From Rebecca billardiae RCC1528 (taxonomy: Eukaryota > Protista > Haptophyta), in NCBI GenBank assembly GCA_965240325.2, contig OZ251222.1, forward strand, positions 1,364,001-1,428,000: a DNA stretch of 64,000 nt. The letters run 5' to 3'. The position numbers and the translations under genes are program-made. Below the pieces are notes generated by a model. That model saw only the letters and a program-made list of their open reading frames with translations. It did not search any database and had not been told where the DNA came from. This document shows positions 1 through 9,985 of the stretch, one piece after another (position 1 is the first letter of the stretch; each line of letters starts with the position of its first letter).

Positions 1-604
1 CTCGCGCATACACGGCGCACTCGCCGCGCTCTCGATCCCGGTGTTCCTCGTGCCGCTCGGAGTGCTGCCGTTCGGGCACACGGTGCCGTGGGAGGCGCTC
101 TCCGTGCAGCTCTCGCCCACCGCCGTCCTGAAGTATGCGGCCGAGTGGGAGCGCCTCGGCGGCGGCGGCGGCAGGGCCAACGGCACAGGCGCGGGCGCGC
201 CTCGGCGGCGGCGACGGCGGGGGCAACCGCACGGGCCCGAACGACTGCGAGGGGGAGCGGCTGGAGAGCGAGTGCGCGCGCGCCGCGAGCTGTACAACCC
301 GCTCCGCGCCCTCGAGCGCCTCGAGCGCGAGGCGCCGGAGCGCGTGGCGCGCATGCAGTCGCTGCTCGCGCGCCACCGCTGGAGCGTGCTGTACCACAAC
401 GGTTCGGAGGCGCTCAAAGCCGTCGTGCCGTTCGACGAGGCGGACGCCGAGGCGCGTGGCGGCGTGCCGCCGAGCGAGTGGCCCTCCGCAGCGAGGAGCC
501 TCGCCGCCGAGCTCGTGATCGCCGGCGAGCGCCGGCTGCGCACGCGCGCCGATGACGGCGCCATGCATCAGCCTGGCAAGGCGGCGCCGGGCGCAGTGCG
601 CTGA
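1..604 (+). CDS. 3' part of an uncharacterised protein (gene starts upstream of the window)
   Basis: Open frame with typical GC3-rich codon usage ending at TGA 602-604; no recognisable domain. Confidence 0.55.
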   Translation, partial: SRIHGALAALSIPVFLVPLGVLPFGHTVPWEALSVQLSPTAVLKYAAEWERLGGGGGRANGTGAGAPRRRRRRGQPHGPERLRGGAAGERVRARRELYNPLRALERLEREAPERVARMQSLLARHRWSVLYHNGSEALKAVVPFDEADAEARGGVPPSEWPSAARSLAAELVIAGERRLRTRADDGAMHQPGKAAPGAVR

Positions 605-637
605 CGAGTGCTGTCACTTGTCAGATCCTTAGAATAT

Positions 638-1830
638 GACCGCGTTCCGCGGTCCTTTTCTGCATAGAATCAACGCAGTTGGGGGCCCGCGGTGGCCGTG
701 CAATCGCGGCTCTCCGCCGTATAGTGGCAGTTCGCCAGTTGAAGTCGGTTCTGAGATGACTGAAGCTATTAGTCCGACCGTCGCCCTGCCTGCGCGACCG
801 CGAGACTCATTCGAACACTTCACACAATCACAGCAGCGGACCTGAGACCGCACCCGGCACCGGTCGTCAAATCGGACGTCCGTCTGACAACTAGCTGCCA
901 AATGTCCAACTGGCTGATCAGCTCGGATCCGACCCGTCCGCGATCGTGCCGAGTGAGTCGTGCCGCGGAGCTCGGAGTACTGAAGGAGTCGGGTGTGACA
1001 GCAGGGTGCTTTAGCGCTGCGGCCCGTGCCAGCCAACGACCAGACGTACTCTGGCCACTTGACCCGTTGCACGGGTGAGTGACCGTACGCCCTGCCTAGT
1101 GCCTACCGCGCGCGCCGCGCGACCGGCGACTCGGGGTGATGGAGAGCGGATGGCGACAGCAGCAGCAGTCCTCATGAAGACGATGAAACTGGCGGCACGG
1201 GTGCACGAGGTGGCAGGCGAAAGCGCGCCGACGAGACCGCATTTGACACACCTGAGCCGCACGCGCGTGCCGTCGCCCGAGTGGCGAGCGCTGCAAACGC
1301 GCAACCGTACCGCGCGCGCCACGACGGCGCGGCACTAGCTGATGCAGGCCGTACTGCCGGCACTGCTTCTGCGATCATGCGCCACGGTCGCAGCTGACTG
1401 CGTGAGCAGCAAGCGGGAGGCGGGTCCGGAGGCACGTGCAGGCGCCGTCCCGCATATCCGCCATGCCGGGGCACGTCACCTCCGACGATCCGGATGTGGC
1501 CCAGTCCGGACGTCACGCGATCCGGGAAGACGAGTACGATATTCGCTCGTAACGAACCGTTACACTAATGTCACGTCCAGCTGACGTCCAGATCGCACTT
1601 TACTTAAGGGAATCAGCTGGGCGCGGTTTTTTTTGGCCTGATAGACCTCTCAATGCGATCTCAAAAACTCGAAACTCGGTCTCCGCCAGCCCTAAAAATC
1701 GCCCCCCGTCCCTTTTTTTCCGCCGCCCCCCGTCCCTTTTTTCTTGACGATCAAAGATCTTATTTTGAAACGTGGTTCGGGCCCGCTGGTGCGGGCTCCA
1801 CGCTGCGCGCTCCGCCCTGCACCGCGGGCC
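638..1830. mobile_element. Non-autonomous TIR element, family A, copy 1 (~1.2 kb)
   Basis: Near-identical to 53782-55546 and partly to 31025-31973. Imperfect termini AT|GACCGCG...CGCGGGCC|AT. Confidence 0.8.
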
Positions 1831-2526
1831 ATTAATAATACGTAACGGCTAGAGCTTACACGTCTACGATGCTATTCTTCACAATCGCTGCTACTGATGC
1901 TATATCGTCACGACATTGATGTGATATATGAGGTATTGGCATCGTGATGACGCCAATGCCGTCACAGCGGATGGCCGGTCCGGTCACACTCGAATCGGAT
2001 GGGCTGCGTGTGACAGCGTGATTCCGCCGTGATGTCTGATGATCATGACGATGTCGATATGATGAGCGCGCCGAGTCGAGCGGTTCGGTAGGCGCCACGG
2101 GCACGTACTGTAGTGCATCGCTGCATTCGGAAATGCCATTCGCATGATGATGACTACCATGTTATGTCATGGGCCGCCAGCATGTAGTATATATCGTCAT
2201 CACAATTATAAATGATGCTGCATGTTCCGGGCGGACGACCGACGGCAATCGCAGCATTGACAATGCAGCTCTGACTCCGCCTGCTCATCGGTTGTCGGTA
2301 TACTAGCATATACTGATCGGGTACTCGCATCAGACTCAGACTGTCTCAGTGACACACTGGTATTGCAGAGTAGTATATCAATATGTCGTCGTATATACGA
2401 CTCATCATCATCGACATCTGCTGATGAGTACTTGCAGTAGACAGCGCGTGATGGTCCTCGACGATGGTCTCGGACGACGAATGCGCGCGTGCTGAATAAT
2501 CAGTCGTCGGACGGTCGTCATCAGAC

Positions 2527-5500
2527 TCAGTAGTAATGCGCTGATGACGAGGGTGGGATGCCGGCAGTCGTGTTGCGCCGCCGGGGCTGCTGCTGCTGCT
2601 GCTGCTCCAGGCCGAGCAGGTGAGCCGCGCTCGCGCTGGGCGCCGGGCCCGCGCTGCCACCGCCGCCTGGGCCGAGCGGGGACGGCTGATACACGGATGT
2701 CGCGGGCGGGCGGCCGCTGCCGCCACCCGGGGGCGCGGCCGCGCCGTCGGCGCTGCTCATTGGCGACGTGGGCGGCAGCGCAACCGACAGAGGCGGCGCG
2801 GCGCGCTGCGCCTGGCGAGCCGCGCCGTCGGCGCGCGCCGTCGTCGGCGGCTGAAAGGCCTGCGACTGCGGCTGCTGCGGCTGCTGCTGGCGGCGCGGCG
2901 AGTACGGCGGCTGCGAGTGCGCGCCGTCCTGCGCCGCGCGCCGGCCGCGCGAGCGCGCGTCGTCCTCGCCGTCACCGCTCGCCTCGTCGTCGTAGTACTC
3001 GCCGCCGCCGCCGCCACCGCCGGCGGCGTGCCCGTCGTCGAGCCGGCCGGCCTCGGCGACGGCGCGCGTGTCTTCCAGCCACGCGGCGCGCGCGCGCTGC
3101 GCGCTGCTCAGCTGTCGGCCGAGCAGGGCGATCTCGTCGTCGGCGTTGGCGAGCTCGCGCGCGCACGCCTGCACATCAGCGGCCGCGCAGTACGCCTGCG
3201 CGCGCGCCTCGGCCTCCCACTGGGCGGCGCGCTCGGCCGCGGCGCGCGCCACCGCCGACGCCTCCTCCGCGGCGGCGGCGAGCTCGGCCGCGCGGCCGTC
3301 CGCGCGGCGCGCGTCGCGCTCGGCGCGCGCTCGATCCTCGTCGCGCGCGCGCTCCGCCTCGGCCGCGCGCCGGCGCGCGCCCGCCGCCTCCGCGTCGACG
3401 CGCACGGCGCTCGCCTTGGCAGCGTCGAGCTCCCTGCCCGCCGCGTCGAGCGCGCCGTTCGCCGCGCTCAGCCGCCGCTCCCAGTCCGCCTCGGCGCGCG
3501 AGTGCGTCAGCATCAGGTCCGTGAGCTGCGCGCGGTGTGACTCCTCCAGCTCGGCGACGCGCGCGCGGAGCCGCGCGACACGAACGTCGGCCTCGGCGAC
3601 GCCCGGCCCCGCGCCCGCGCCGCCGGCGGCGCCGAGGGGGTCGTCGGCCGCGCGCGCGTCCGCGGCGACCCTCCGGCGGTGCGCGGACGTGCTCGGCAGC
3701 GCAGCGCTCTCAGATCCGGCATAGTCTGCCGACACACCGCCGCCGCCGCTGCCGTCGTCCGAGGCTGCGCCGTGCGACCCGCCGTCGCGCGCCGCCGCGC
3801 GCGCAGCCATCATGCCTGCGTTCATCTGGTGGAGCACTCGCACCTCTCGCCGCAGCGCCGCCGTCTCGCGCTCGTGCCGCTCGTGCGCCTCGGCGAGCGC
3901 CGCGTGGGCCTCCGCCTGGCCGAGCCGCAGCGCGTGCACGCGCGACTCGGCCGCGTGAGCGCGCGCCTCCGTCCCCTCCGCGGTGGTGAGCTCTTCGCCC
4001 AGCAGTAGGGTGACGACCGCGGCCTCGGCGCGAGCGTCCGCCGTGGCCGACTCCAGCGCGGCTTCGAGCGCGCGCGCGCGCTCGAGCTCCGCGCGCAGGG
4101 CGGCGCACTGCGCGTCCGCGCCGTCGGCGCGCGCGCGCTCCGCGTGCAGGTTCGTCTCGAGCGCGGCGAGGGCGGCACCATGGTCCTTGCGCCGCGTGCG
4201 CTCGGCGATGGCCGCCGCGCGCCGTGCCTCCTCGAGCGCGCGCGCGCCAGACTCTGCGTCCGCCTGCGCGCGCTGCGCCGCCTTGGCCGCCACCGCCAGC
4301 TCGCGCGTGAGCTCGTCCACCTGCCGCGCGTGCGCGCGCGCGCGGTCGGCCGCGCGCGCCTTGGCGCCCTCGGCCAGCGCCGCCAGCTTGGAGCGGGCCT
4401 CGCCGAGCTCGGCGCGCGCGGCGTAAGCGGCGTGCCGCTCAGATTCAATCTCGGCTTGCATCTCGCGCCGCGCGCGCGCGAAGCCGTCCGTCGCGCGCGC
4501 GAGCGCGTCCTCCGCGTCCGCCTTCGCCGTCGCCGCCGCCTGCAGCGCGCCGCTCACCGAGCCGTGCGCGGACGACGCCCACTCGGCCGCGAACGTGCGC
4601 GCGCGCGCCGCGCCGCCGTCGGCGCCGCCGCCGCCGCCGCCGTTGGCCGCGCCGGCGCCCGCGCCGACGGGCGCGAGAGGGAGCGCGCCTGCGCGCATCG
4701 TGGCGCGCATCGCCGCGTTCTCCGCCTCCGCCGCCGCGAGCTCGGAGCGCAGCGCGCTCGTCGCCGCCGCGTGGCGCGCGCCCAGCTCAGCAAGCCGGTG
4801 CGCACCCACGTCCTCCGCCGCGCCCGCCGCGCCGCGCGCGACCGCCTCGGCGTCCGTCGCGACTCGGCCGAGAGCGTGCTCGGCGCGCTCGGCGCGCGCG
4901 GCCTCGTCCGACGCCTGCGCAACCAGCTCGGCGACGCGCGCGGAGAGCGCCGCGGCGCGGCCGCGCTCCGCCGCGCCGCGCGCGCCCGCCTCGGCCGCGT
5001 CGTCGTCCGCGTCCGTCAGTGCCGACCCCAGCACGTGCGCTCGCACCGCCTGCCGCCCGCAAGCGTCGGCGAGCTGCGAGGTGTGTACACCAAGTCTGGC
5101 GCACGCGCCGAGCGCCTCCTCGACGCGCGCGGCGCGCGCAGCCGCGGCCGCGCTCTCGCGCGCCGACGCGTGCGCCGCCGCCTCCGCCGCCACCGCGCCG
5201 CCCGCCGTCGCCGCGCCCGTCGACAGCCCGGCCACGCTCCCAACCTCGCCGCCCTCGTCCTCACTCGGCGGTTCCACCTCCGAGCCGAGTCTGTCGAGTG
5301 CCCCTCCGCGCGCGGAGCGCGGTGCGCGCGCGGCGCCCGCGCGACGACGTGCCGACTCGGTCTCGAGCTGTAGCGCCTCGAGCGCCGCCTGCATGTCCGC
5401 GATCGCCTCGACGCACGCGCCGAGCGCGCGCGCGCTGTCGGCGGGCGGCGCGAACGCACGCGGCGGGCGGCGCGGCCGCGGCCGAGCTGCGGCCGCCGCC

Positions 5501-7500
5501 GCGGCCGCGTCAGCGCGGCTCACCGCCGCGGCCGCGCCGCCCGTGTGCGCGGCGGAGCTCATTGTCGCGCGCGCGAAGCGCGCGACGCTCTCGGGCGAGG
5601 AGCCGCCCGGCGCGGGCGCCGCGCGCGCCCGCTCGCTGAAGGTCACGCTCGGGCTGTGAGCGAGTGGCGCCGGCGGCGGCGCGGGCGCGCCGGCTGCGCG
5701 CGCCGCCGCGCTCGCGCCGGCCGCGCCGCGCGCCGCGTCGCGCGCCGCGCGCGCCACCTCAGCCTCGACGGCGCCGTGGTAGGCGGCGGCGACGGCGGAC
5801 GGCGGTAGCGGCGCGGGCGAGCCCGGACCGCCGCCGCCGCTCGGCGCGCCCATCGACGGGTGCGCGCGCATGGCCTCGGCCCACGCCTCGTGCGCGCTCG
5901 GCGCCGGCTGCGCCCACTGCTGTGCGCTCGGCGGCGGCGGCTGCGCAAAGGTGGCACCGGGCGCCGAGCCGCGCGCGCCCGGCGGCGAGTCGGCTGCGTG
6001 GTACGGCGCGGGCTGGCGTGGCGTCGGCGTGCCCACGCCGTCGTCCCGCCACCCGCCGCCGCCGCCCTGCCACCCGCCGTGCGCCTCGGGCGCGCGCGCA
6101 CCCTCCGCGCCGCCGCGCGCGCTCAGTGTGGGGGGTAGCGCCGCGGCGCCAGCCGCGTTCGGCTGCTGCGGCGCAAATGCGCCGCCCGCGCCGGGCTCGC
6201 GCGCCGGCCGTGGCGAGCGCATGGTGAACGCGCCGACGTTGGGCGCGAGCTCGGCGGCGAACGCGCGCGCCTCGTCCGCCGCCGCCTCCGCGCCCGCCGC
6301 GTCCACGCCCGCGTCGTCCGCCCGTGCGCCCGCGCCGCCGGCCGCGCGGCCGGCTGCGCCCGCGGGCGCGCGCCGCGCGCTCGAGCCCGCGCGCATCAGC
6401 ATGTGTGCCATGCGCAGCGTGGCGAGTGTGTCGTCGACGAGCGAGACGGCGGGGTGCACGCACGCGAGCGCGAGCAGCTGCGAGCGCACGCCCAGCGCCG
6501 CGCCGAGCACGTGCGTCAGCTTGTGATCGCGCGCGTGCGCCGGTGCCAAGTCGCCGGGGCCGGCGTGGCCGGCGGGCGCGCCGACGTGCCCCGCCGGCGG
6601 CACGCGGAGCGCGCGCCCGGTGCGCAGCGCAGCGACGCGCTCGGCGCGCGCGCTGATCGCCGAGATCAGCGCGGCGTGGCTCGCCGCGATCGGCGAGCGC
6701 GACCCCTCGCTCGCCGCCGGCGCGCGCAGCTCGACGAAAAATAGAGTCGGCGGCTGCGCGCCGCCGCCGCCGCCGCCGCCCGCCGAGCGCGCCGCGCCGG
6801 CCGCGCCGCCGACGCTGCCGGGCGGCTCGAGCGAGAGCGCGTACACGGTGTGCGCGGGGCCGCCGGCGGGGCGTCGGCGCGCGTGCAGCGCGCGGAGCAC
6901 CTCCTCCGCCTGCTCCCACGCGCGCACCTCAACCCTCGTCTGGCCGCGCACGCTCGGCGTGCCGTCCGCGTCGGCAGTGAACGACAGAGCGCCGCGCAGC
7001 GCGGCGACGGGCTGCAGCTCGTCGGTGACGCTGGTCGCGCCGACGGCGAGCACGGAGAGGGCGAGCGTGAACGGCGCGCGCGCGCGCGCCTCGCCGCTCG
7101 CCGCGATCGCCGAGACCTGCGCGCTCGACGCCTCGCGCAGCACGTCGCGTATCGCGCACAGCACGACACCCCGAAAGTCGGGCTGCGGCGCGCCGATCAG
7201 CGCGAAGCTCTTGCCAGACTGCGGCCCGCCGAGGAGGAGGCACGCGCCGGACGCGCCTCGGAGGAGCGCGTGCACCAGCGGCTGCACCTCCGCGAGGTAC
7301 AGCTGCGTCGGCGCGAGGCCCGAGTGCACAGCGTGGAACGCGTATCGCGCCGCGCGCGCGTCGAGGTGCGCGCGGTCGATGCGCTCGTCGGCGAGGAGCG
7401 CGGGGTCGCGCGAGGCGACGATCACGCCGTCGCGAGAGGAGCAGCGCACGGCCGGCGCGTCGTGCGCCAGCCCGTGGCGCACGAGCACGCACACGCGCAT
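2527..7500 (-). CDS. Kinesin-like protein with a degenerate N-terminal motor domain and a long coiled-coil tail
   Basis: RVCVLVR start, P-loop GGPQSGKSF, RDHKLTHVLGAALG (cf. RDSKLTRLLQDSLG), ACVHPA..DDTLATLRMA (cf. ETLSTLRFA), Ala/Glu/Arg heptad tail. Confidence 0.75.
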   Translation of the reverse strand: MRVCVLVRHGLAHDAPAVRCSSRDGVIVASRDPALLADERIDRAHLDARAARYAFHAVHSGLAPTQLYLAEVQPLVHALLRGASGACLLLGGPQSGKSFALIGAPQPDFRGVVLCAIRDVLREASSAQVSAIAASGEARARAPFTLALSVLAVGATSVTDELQPVAALRGALSFTADADGTPSVRGQTRVEVRAWEQAEEVLRALHARRRPAGGPAHTVYALSLEPPGSVGGAAGAARSAGGGGGGGAQPPTLFFVELRAPAASEGSRSPIAASHAALISAISARAERVAALRTGRALRVPPAGHVGAPAGHAGPGDLAPAHARDHKLTHVLGAALGVRSQLLALACVHPAVSLVDDTLATLRMAHMLMRAGSSARRAPAGAAGRAAGGAGARADDAGVDAAGAEAAADEARAFAAELAPNVGAFTMRSPRPAREPGAGGAFAPQQPNAAGAAALPPTLSARGGAEGARAPEAHGGWQGGGGGWRDDGVGTPTPRQPAPYHAADSPPGARGSAPGATFAQPPPPSAQQWAQPAPSAHEAWAEAMRAHPSMGAPSGGGGPGSPAPLPPSAVAAAYHGAVEAEVARAARDAARGAAGASAAARAAGAPAPPPAPLAHSPSVTFSERARAAPAPGGSSPESVARFARATMSSAAHTGGAAAAVSRADAAAAAAAARPRPRRPPRAFAPPADSARALGACVEAIADMQAALEALQLETESARRRAGAARAPRSARGGALDRLGSEVEPPSEDEGGEVGSVAGLSTGAATAGGAVAAEAAAHASARESAAAAARAARVEEALGACARLGVHTSQLADACGRQAVRAHVLGSALTDADDDAAEAGARGAAERGRAAALSARVAELVAQASDEAARAERAEHALGRVATDAEAVARGAAGAAEDVGAHRLAELGARHAAATSALRSELAAAEAENAAMRATMRAGALPLAPVGAGAGAANGGGGGGADGGAARARTFAAEWASSAHGSVSGALQAAATAKADAEDALARATDGFARARREMQAEIESERHAAYAARAELGEARSKLAALAEGAKARAADRARAHARQVDELTRELAVAAKAAQRAQADAESGARALEEARRAAAIAERTRRKDHGAALAALETNLHAERARADGADAQCAALRAELERARALEAALESATADARAEAAVVTLLLGEELTTAEGTEARAHAAESRVHALRLGQAEAHAALAEAHERHERETAALRREVRVLHQMNAGMMAARAAARDGGSHGAASDDGSGGGGVSADYAGSESAALPSTSAHRRRVAADARAADDPLGAAGGAGAGPGVAEADVRVARLRARVAELEESHRAQLTDLMLTHSRAEADWERRLSAANGALDAAGRELDAAKASAVRVDAEAAGARRRAAEAERARDEDRARAERDARRADGRAAELAAAAEEASAVARAAAERAAQWEAEARAQAYCAAADVQACARELANADDEIALLGRQLSSAQRARAAWLEDTRAVAEAGRLDDGHAAGGGGGGGEYYDDEASGDGEDDARSRGRRAAQDGAHSQPPYSPRRQQQPQQPQSQAFQPPTTARADGAARQAQRAAPPLSVALPPTSPMSSADGAAAPPGGGSGRPPATSVYQPSPLGPGGGGSAGPAPSASAAHLLGLEQQQQQQPRRRNTTAGIPPSSSAHYY

Positions 7501-8294
7501 CGCTCACGCCGGCTCGCCCTGCTGCGCGGCTAGGTGCGCGTCGGCGCAGCCATCGAACGTCAATTTGACTGTTTCCTCAACAACCGTTTCAGTCCGGGCC
7601 GCGCGGCTCGCGCAGTTACCTGCATTACCCATCTGCTGAAGCCCAGTCATAATTATGAATTACTACTACTGCGCGCTCATCATAACTTTACGGTTCGCCT
7701 TACCACCCCTCTAGCCCTCCAGACCCTCCTCTCTCTCGACGCGGGCTCCGATATATATATAAAGTGACGGTTCGACACACACATCAGTATTCGCGATGAA
7801 CACGTCGGGCGCCGCAAGCGAAGGAATCGCAATAATCCATCGGCAGGATGACGGTTACAATAACGACATCGGGAGGCTACGTGGGAGCCCTCGAAACTAC
7901 GAAGCGTGCAAGCAAACCAGGTTCGCTCTTTTAGCGGCGGGCACAATCTCAGAGGTTTTCCTCTAAGATCACGCTCCGCCAAAGGGGCCCGCCGCGCCGA
8001 CAACACGCGGCGAACGTGACTTTCCGGCGGGGCGCGCATCTCGCCCAGTTTTCTAGACCGAGGCCGCGGCGCAACAGCACCGGTGCGCGGCGTCGTGCGC
8101 GCGCGCATCTCGCCGCGACGGCGGTGTGGGTGGGGCTCTCGTGCCATGTGGCGAGACCGCGTGGGCGCAGCATTGCCTCCCCTTGCGTGCTGCTCACGTC
8201 CGCGCCCGCGCACCCTCGCCGTCTCGCCGCGCGCCGTGTCCGCAGCACCTGGACCGTTTCAGCCGCCCCGCCCGCTCACACCCTCTTCAGCACA

Positions 8295-9267
8295 ATGGCC
8301 TGCTGCGGCTCGATCCCGACGGACCCCGAGGGGGTGCTGGCGAAGGTCGACGAGATCAAGGACCAGGCGATGGGCGTGATGGACGACCTCGGCGACAAGT
8401 TCCAGAAGCTCAGCGAGGAGCTCTCGCAGGGCATCTCGATGGAGCCGGTCACCAACGCGATGAACGGCATGGTCGGCAACTTCCGCGAGCTGGCGGAGGA
8501 CCCGTCGAAGGTGCTCGGCGCGGCGGGCGTGTGCGCCTGCTGCCTCCCGCTCGCCACGCTCAAGGCGACGATCGGCGAGCTCGCGGAGACGATCTCGTCC
8601 GTCGGCTCCGGCTTTGGCGCGATGGAGAAGATCATGAAGTATGTCAACATGATGATCGAGGGGCTCTCGGGGATCGGCGAGGTGCTCTCCGCGACGATGA
8701 GCGCGCTGGGCGACCTGCCTGACCTGATCAGCACGCTCAAGGAGGCGCTCACCGGCGGCGGCGACAAGGCGGCCGCCTCGCAGTCGATCGATACCTTCCT
8801 TGAGAGCGCGGGCCTCAAGAAGGCGGCGGATGCGCTCAGCGCGGTGCTCAGCCCGATCGAGAGCATCTCGAAGAGCAAGGAGCTCGATGACATCATCGAG
8901 ATGGTCTCCAAGCTCGGCGCCTTCATCGCCGACGCACCAAGCAAGCTCAAGAGCATGATCCCGCCCATCCCGTGCCTGCCCATCCCCGCGCCGATCACGA
9001 TGCTCATCAGCGGCGTCGAGGGCTTCAGTGGGATGTTCGACACGGCGGCGATCGAGAAGGTGCTCAACATGGCGAAGGGGCAGAAGGGTGCGCGCCGCGC
9101 CGCGCGCGACGACGCTCGCGCCGCGCGCCGCGCGCCGCGGGCTCACCGCCCCTCCCCGCCCCACCTCCCGGCCGCGCACCGCAGGCGTGTCGGCATCGTC
9201 AGCCACCTCGCCGCTCACTGGGCTGGAGTCGGCCCTGTCTGGCGCAAAAATGTTCCTCAAGGTCTAA
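8295..9267 (+). CDS. Uncharacterised helical protein with Cys-rich N-terminus (MACCG); exons 8295-9087 and 9185-9267
   Basis: Strong codon bias from ATG 8295. Removing the GT..CAG intron 9088-9184 joins KGQKG to VSASSATSPL...MFLKV*. Confidence 0.75.
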
Positions 9268-9985
9268 GCGGCCGCGGCATCTCCGCGCGCGGCGTGCGCG
9301 GCGTCTCCTCCCCTCGCGCGCGGCCCTCGGGCCCGCTGCGCCCTCCACCGCACCGATCTCTCCTCCATGCCTCCACGGGGTTCAAGCCACGAGCACGCCT
9401 GCGGCCGCAGGGCTCGCCGCCCGGCGACGCTCGCAGATTATTGTTGTCGTCTCTGCCGTCGCAGGGCGGTGCAGCCGCGCTGGGGCGCCGCCCTGCCCTG
9501 ACTCCGCAGCGCACGTCACGCCTGTGCACACCGCTGCCTCTCCGAACGCGCTCTCCTGGCTGCGCCCTCGCAGGCGACGGCCACGCGGGGATGGGCGCGC
9601 GGGTCGGAATGGTCGGCACATTATTAGCCGCGCGCGGGCCGCTGAGCTCGGCGGGCCTCCGCGGCGTGCGGCTTGTTGATACGGTATTGCCGCCTGGCGG
9701 GTCTGCCAGGGCGTGCCCTGTACGTGTAGTCGATCTACTGACAACGCACAGTTCGTTGGGCTCCGCCTGCAGATTGCGGCGAACCGCTCTGCCAGGGCGA
9801 AGGAGGGAGGACGAGTCCTTGCCGACGCCGACGAATCTCAACGGCTGCACCTGGCAGTGGCGCCCCATATATGAGTGACATTGCTGACTCTGACGCCTGC
9901 CCGTTGCATACCACGTCGTTAATATATGAGTGACGTGACCATGTTTTGATGATCACGATTATACACCGCGTTATACGAGGGCAAT

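Noticed and set aside
9268-9878. C-terminal part of the 620-aa ORF
   Set aside because: Read-through of an intron and 3' region; the spliced gene stops at 9267.
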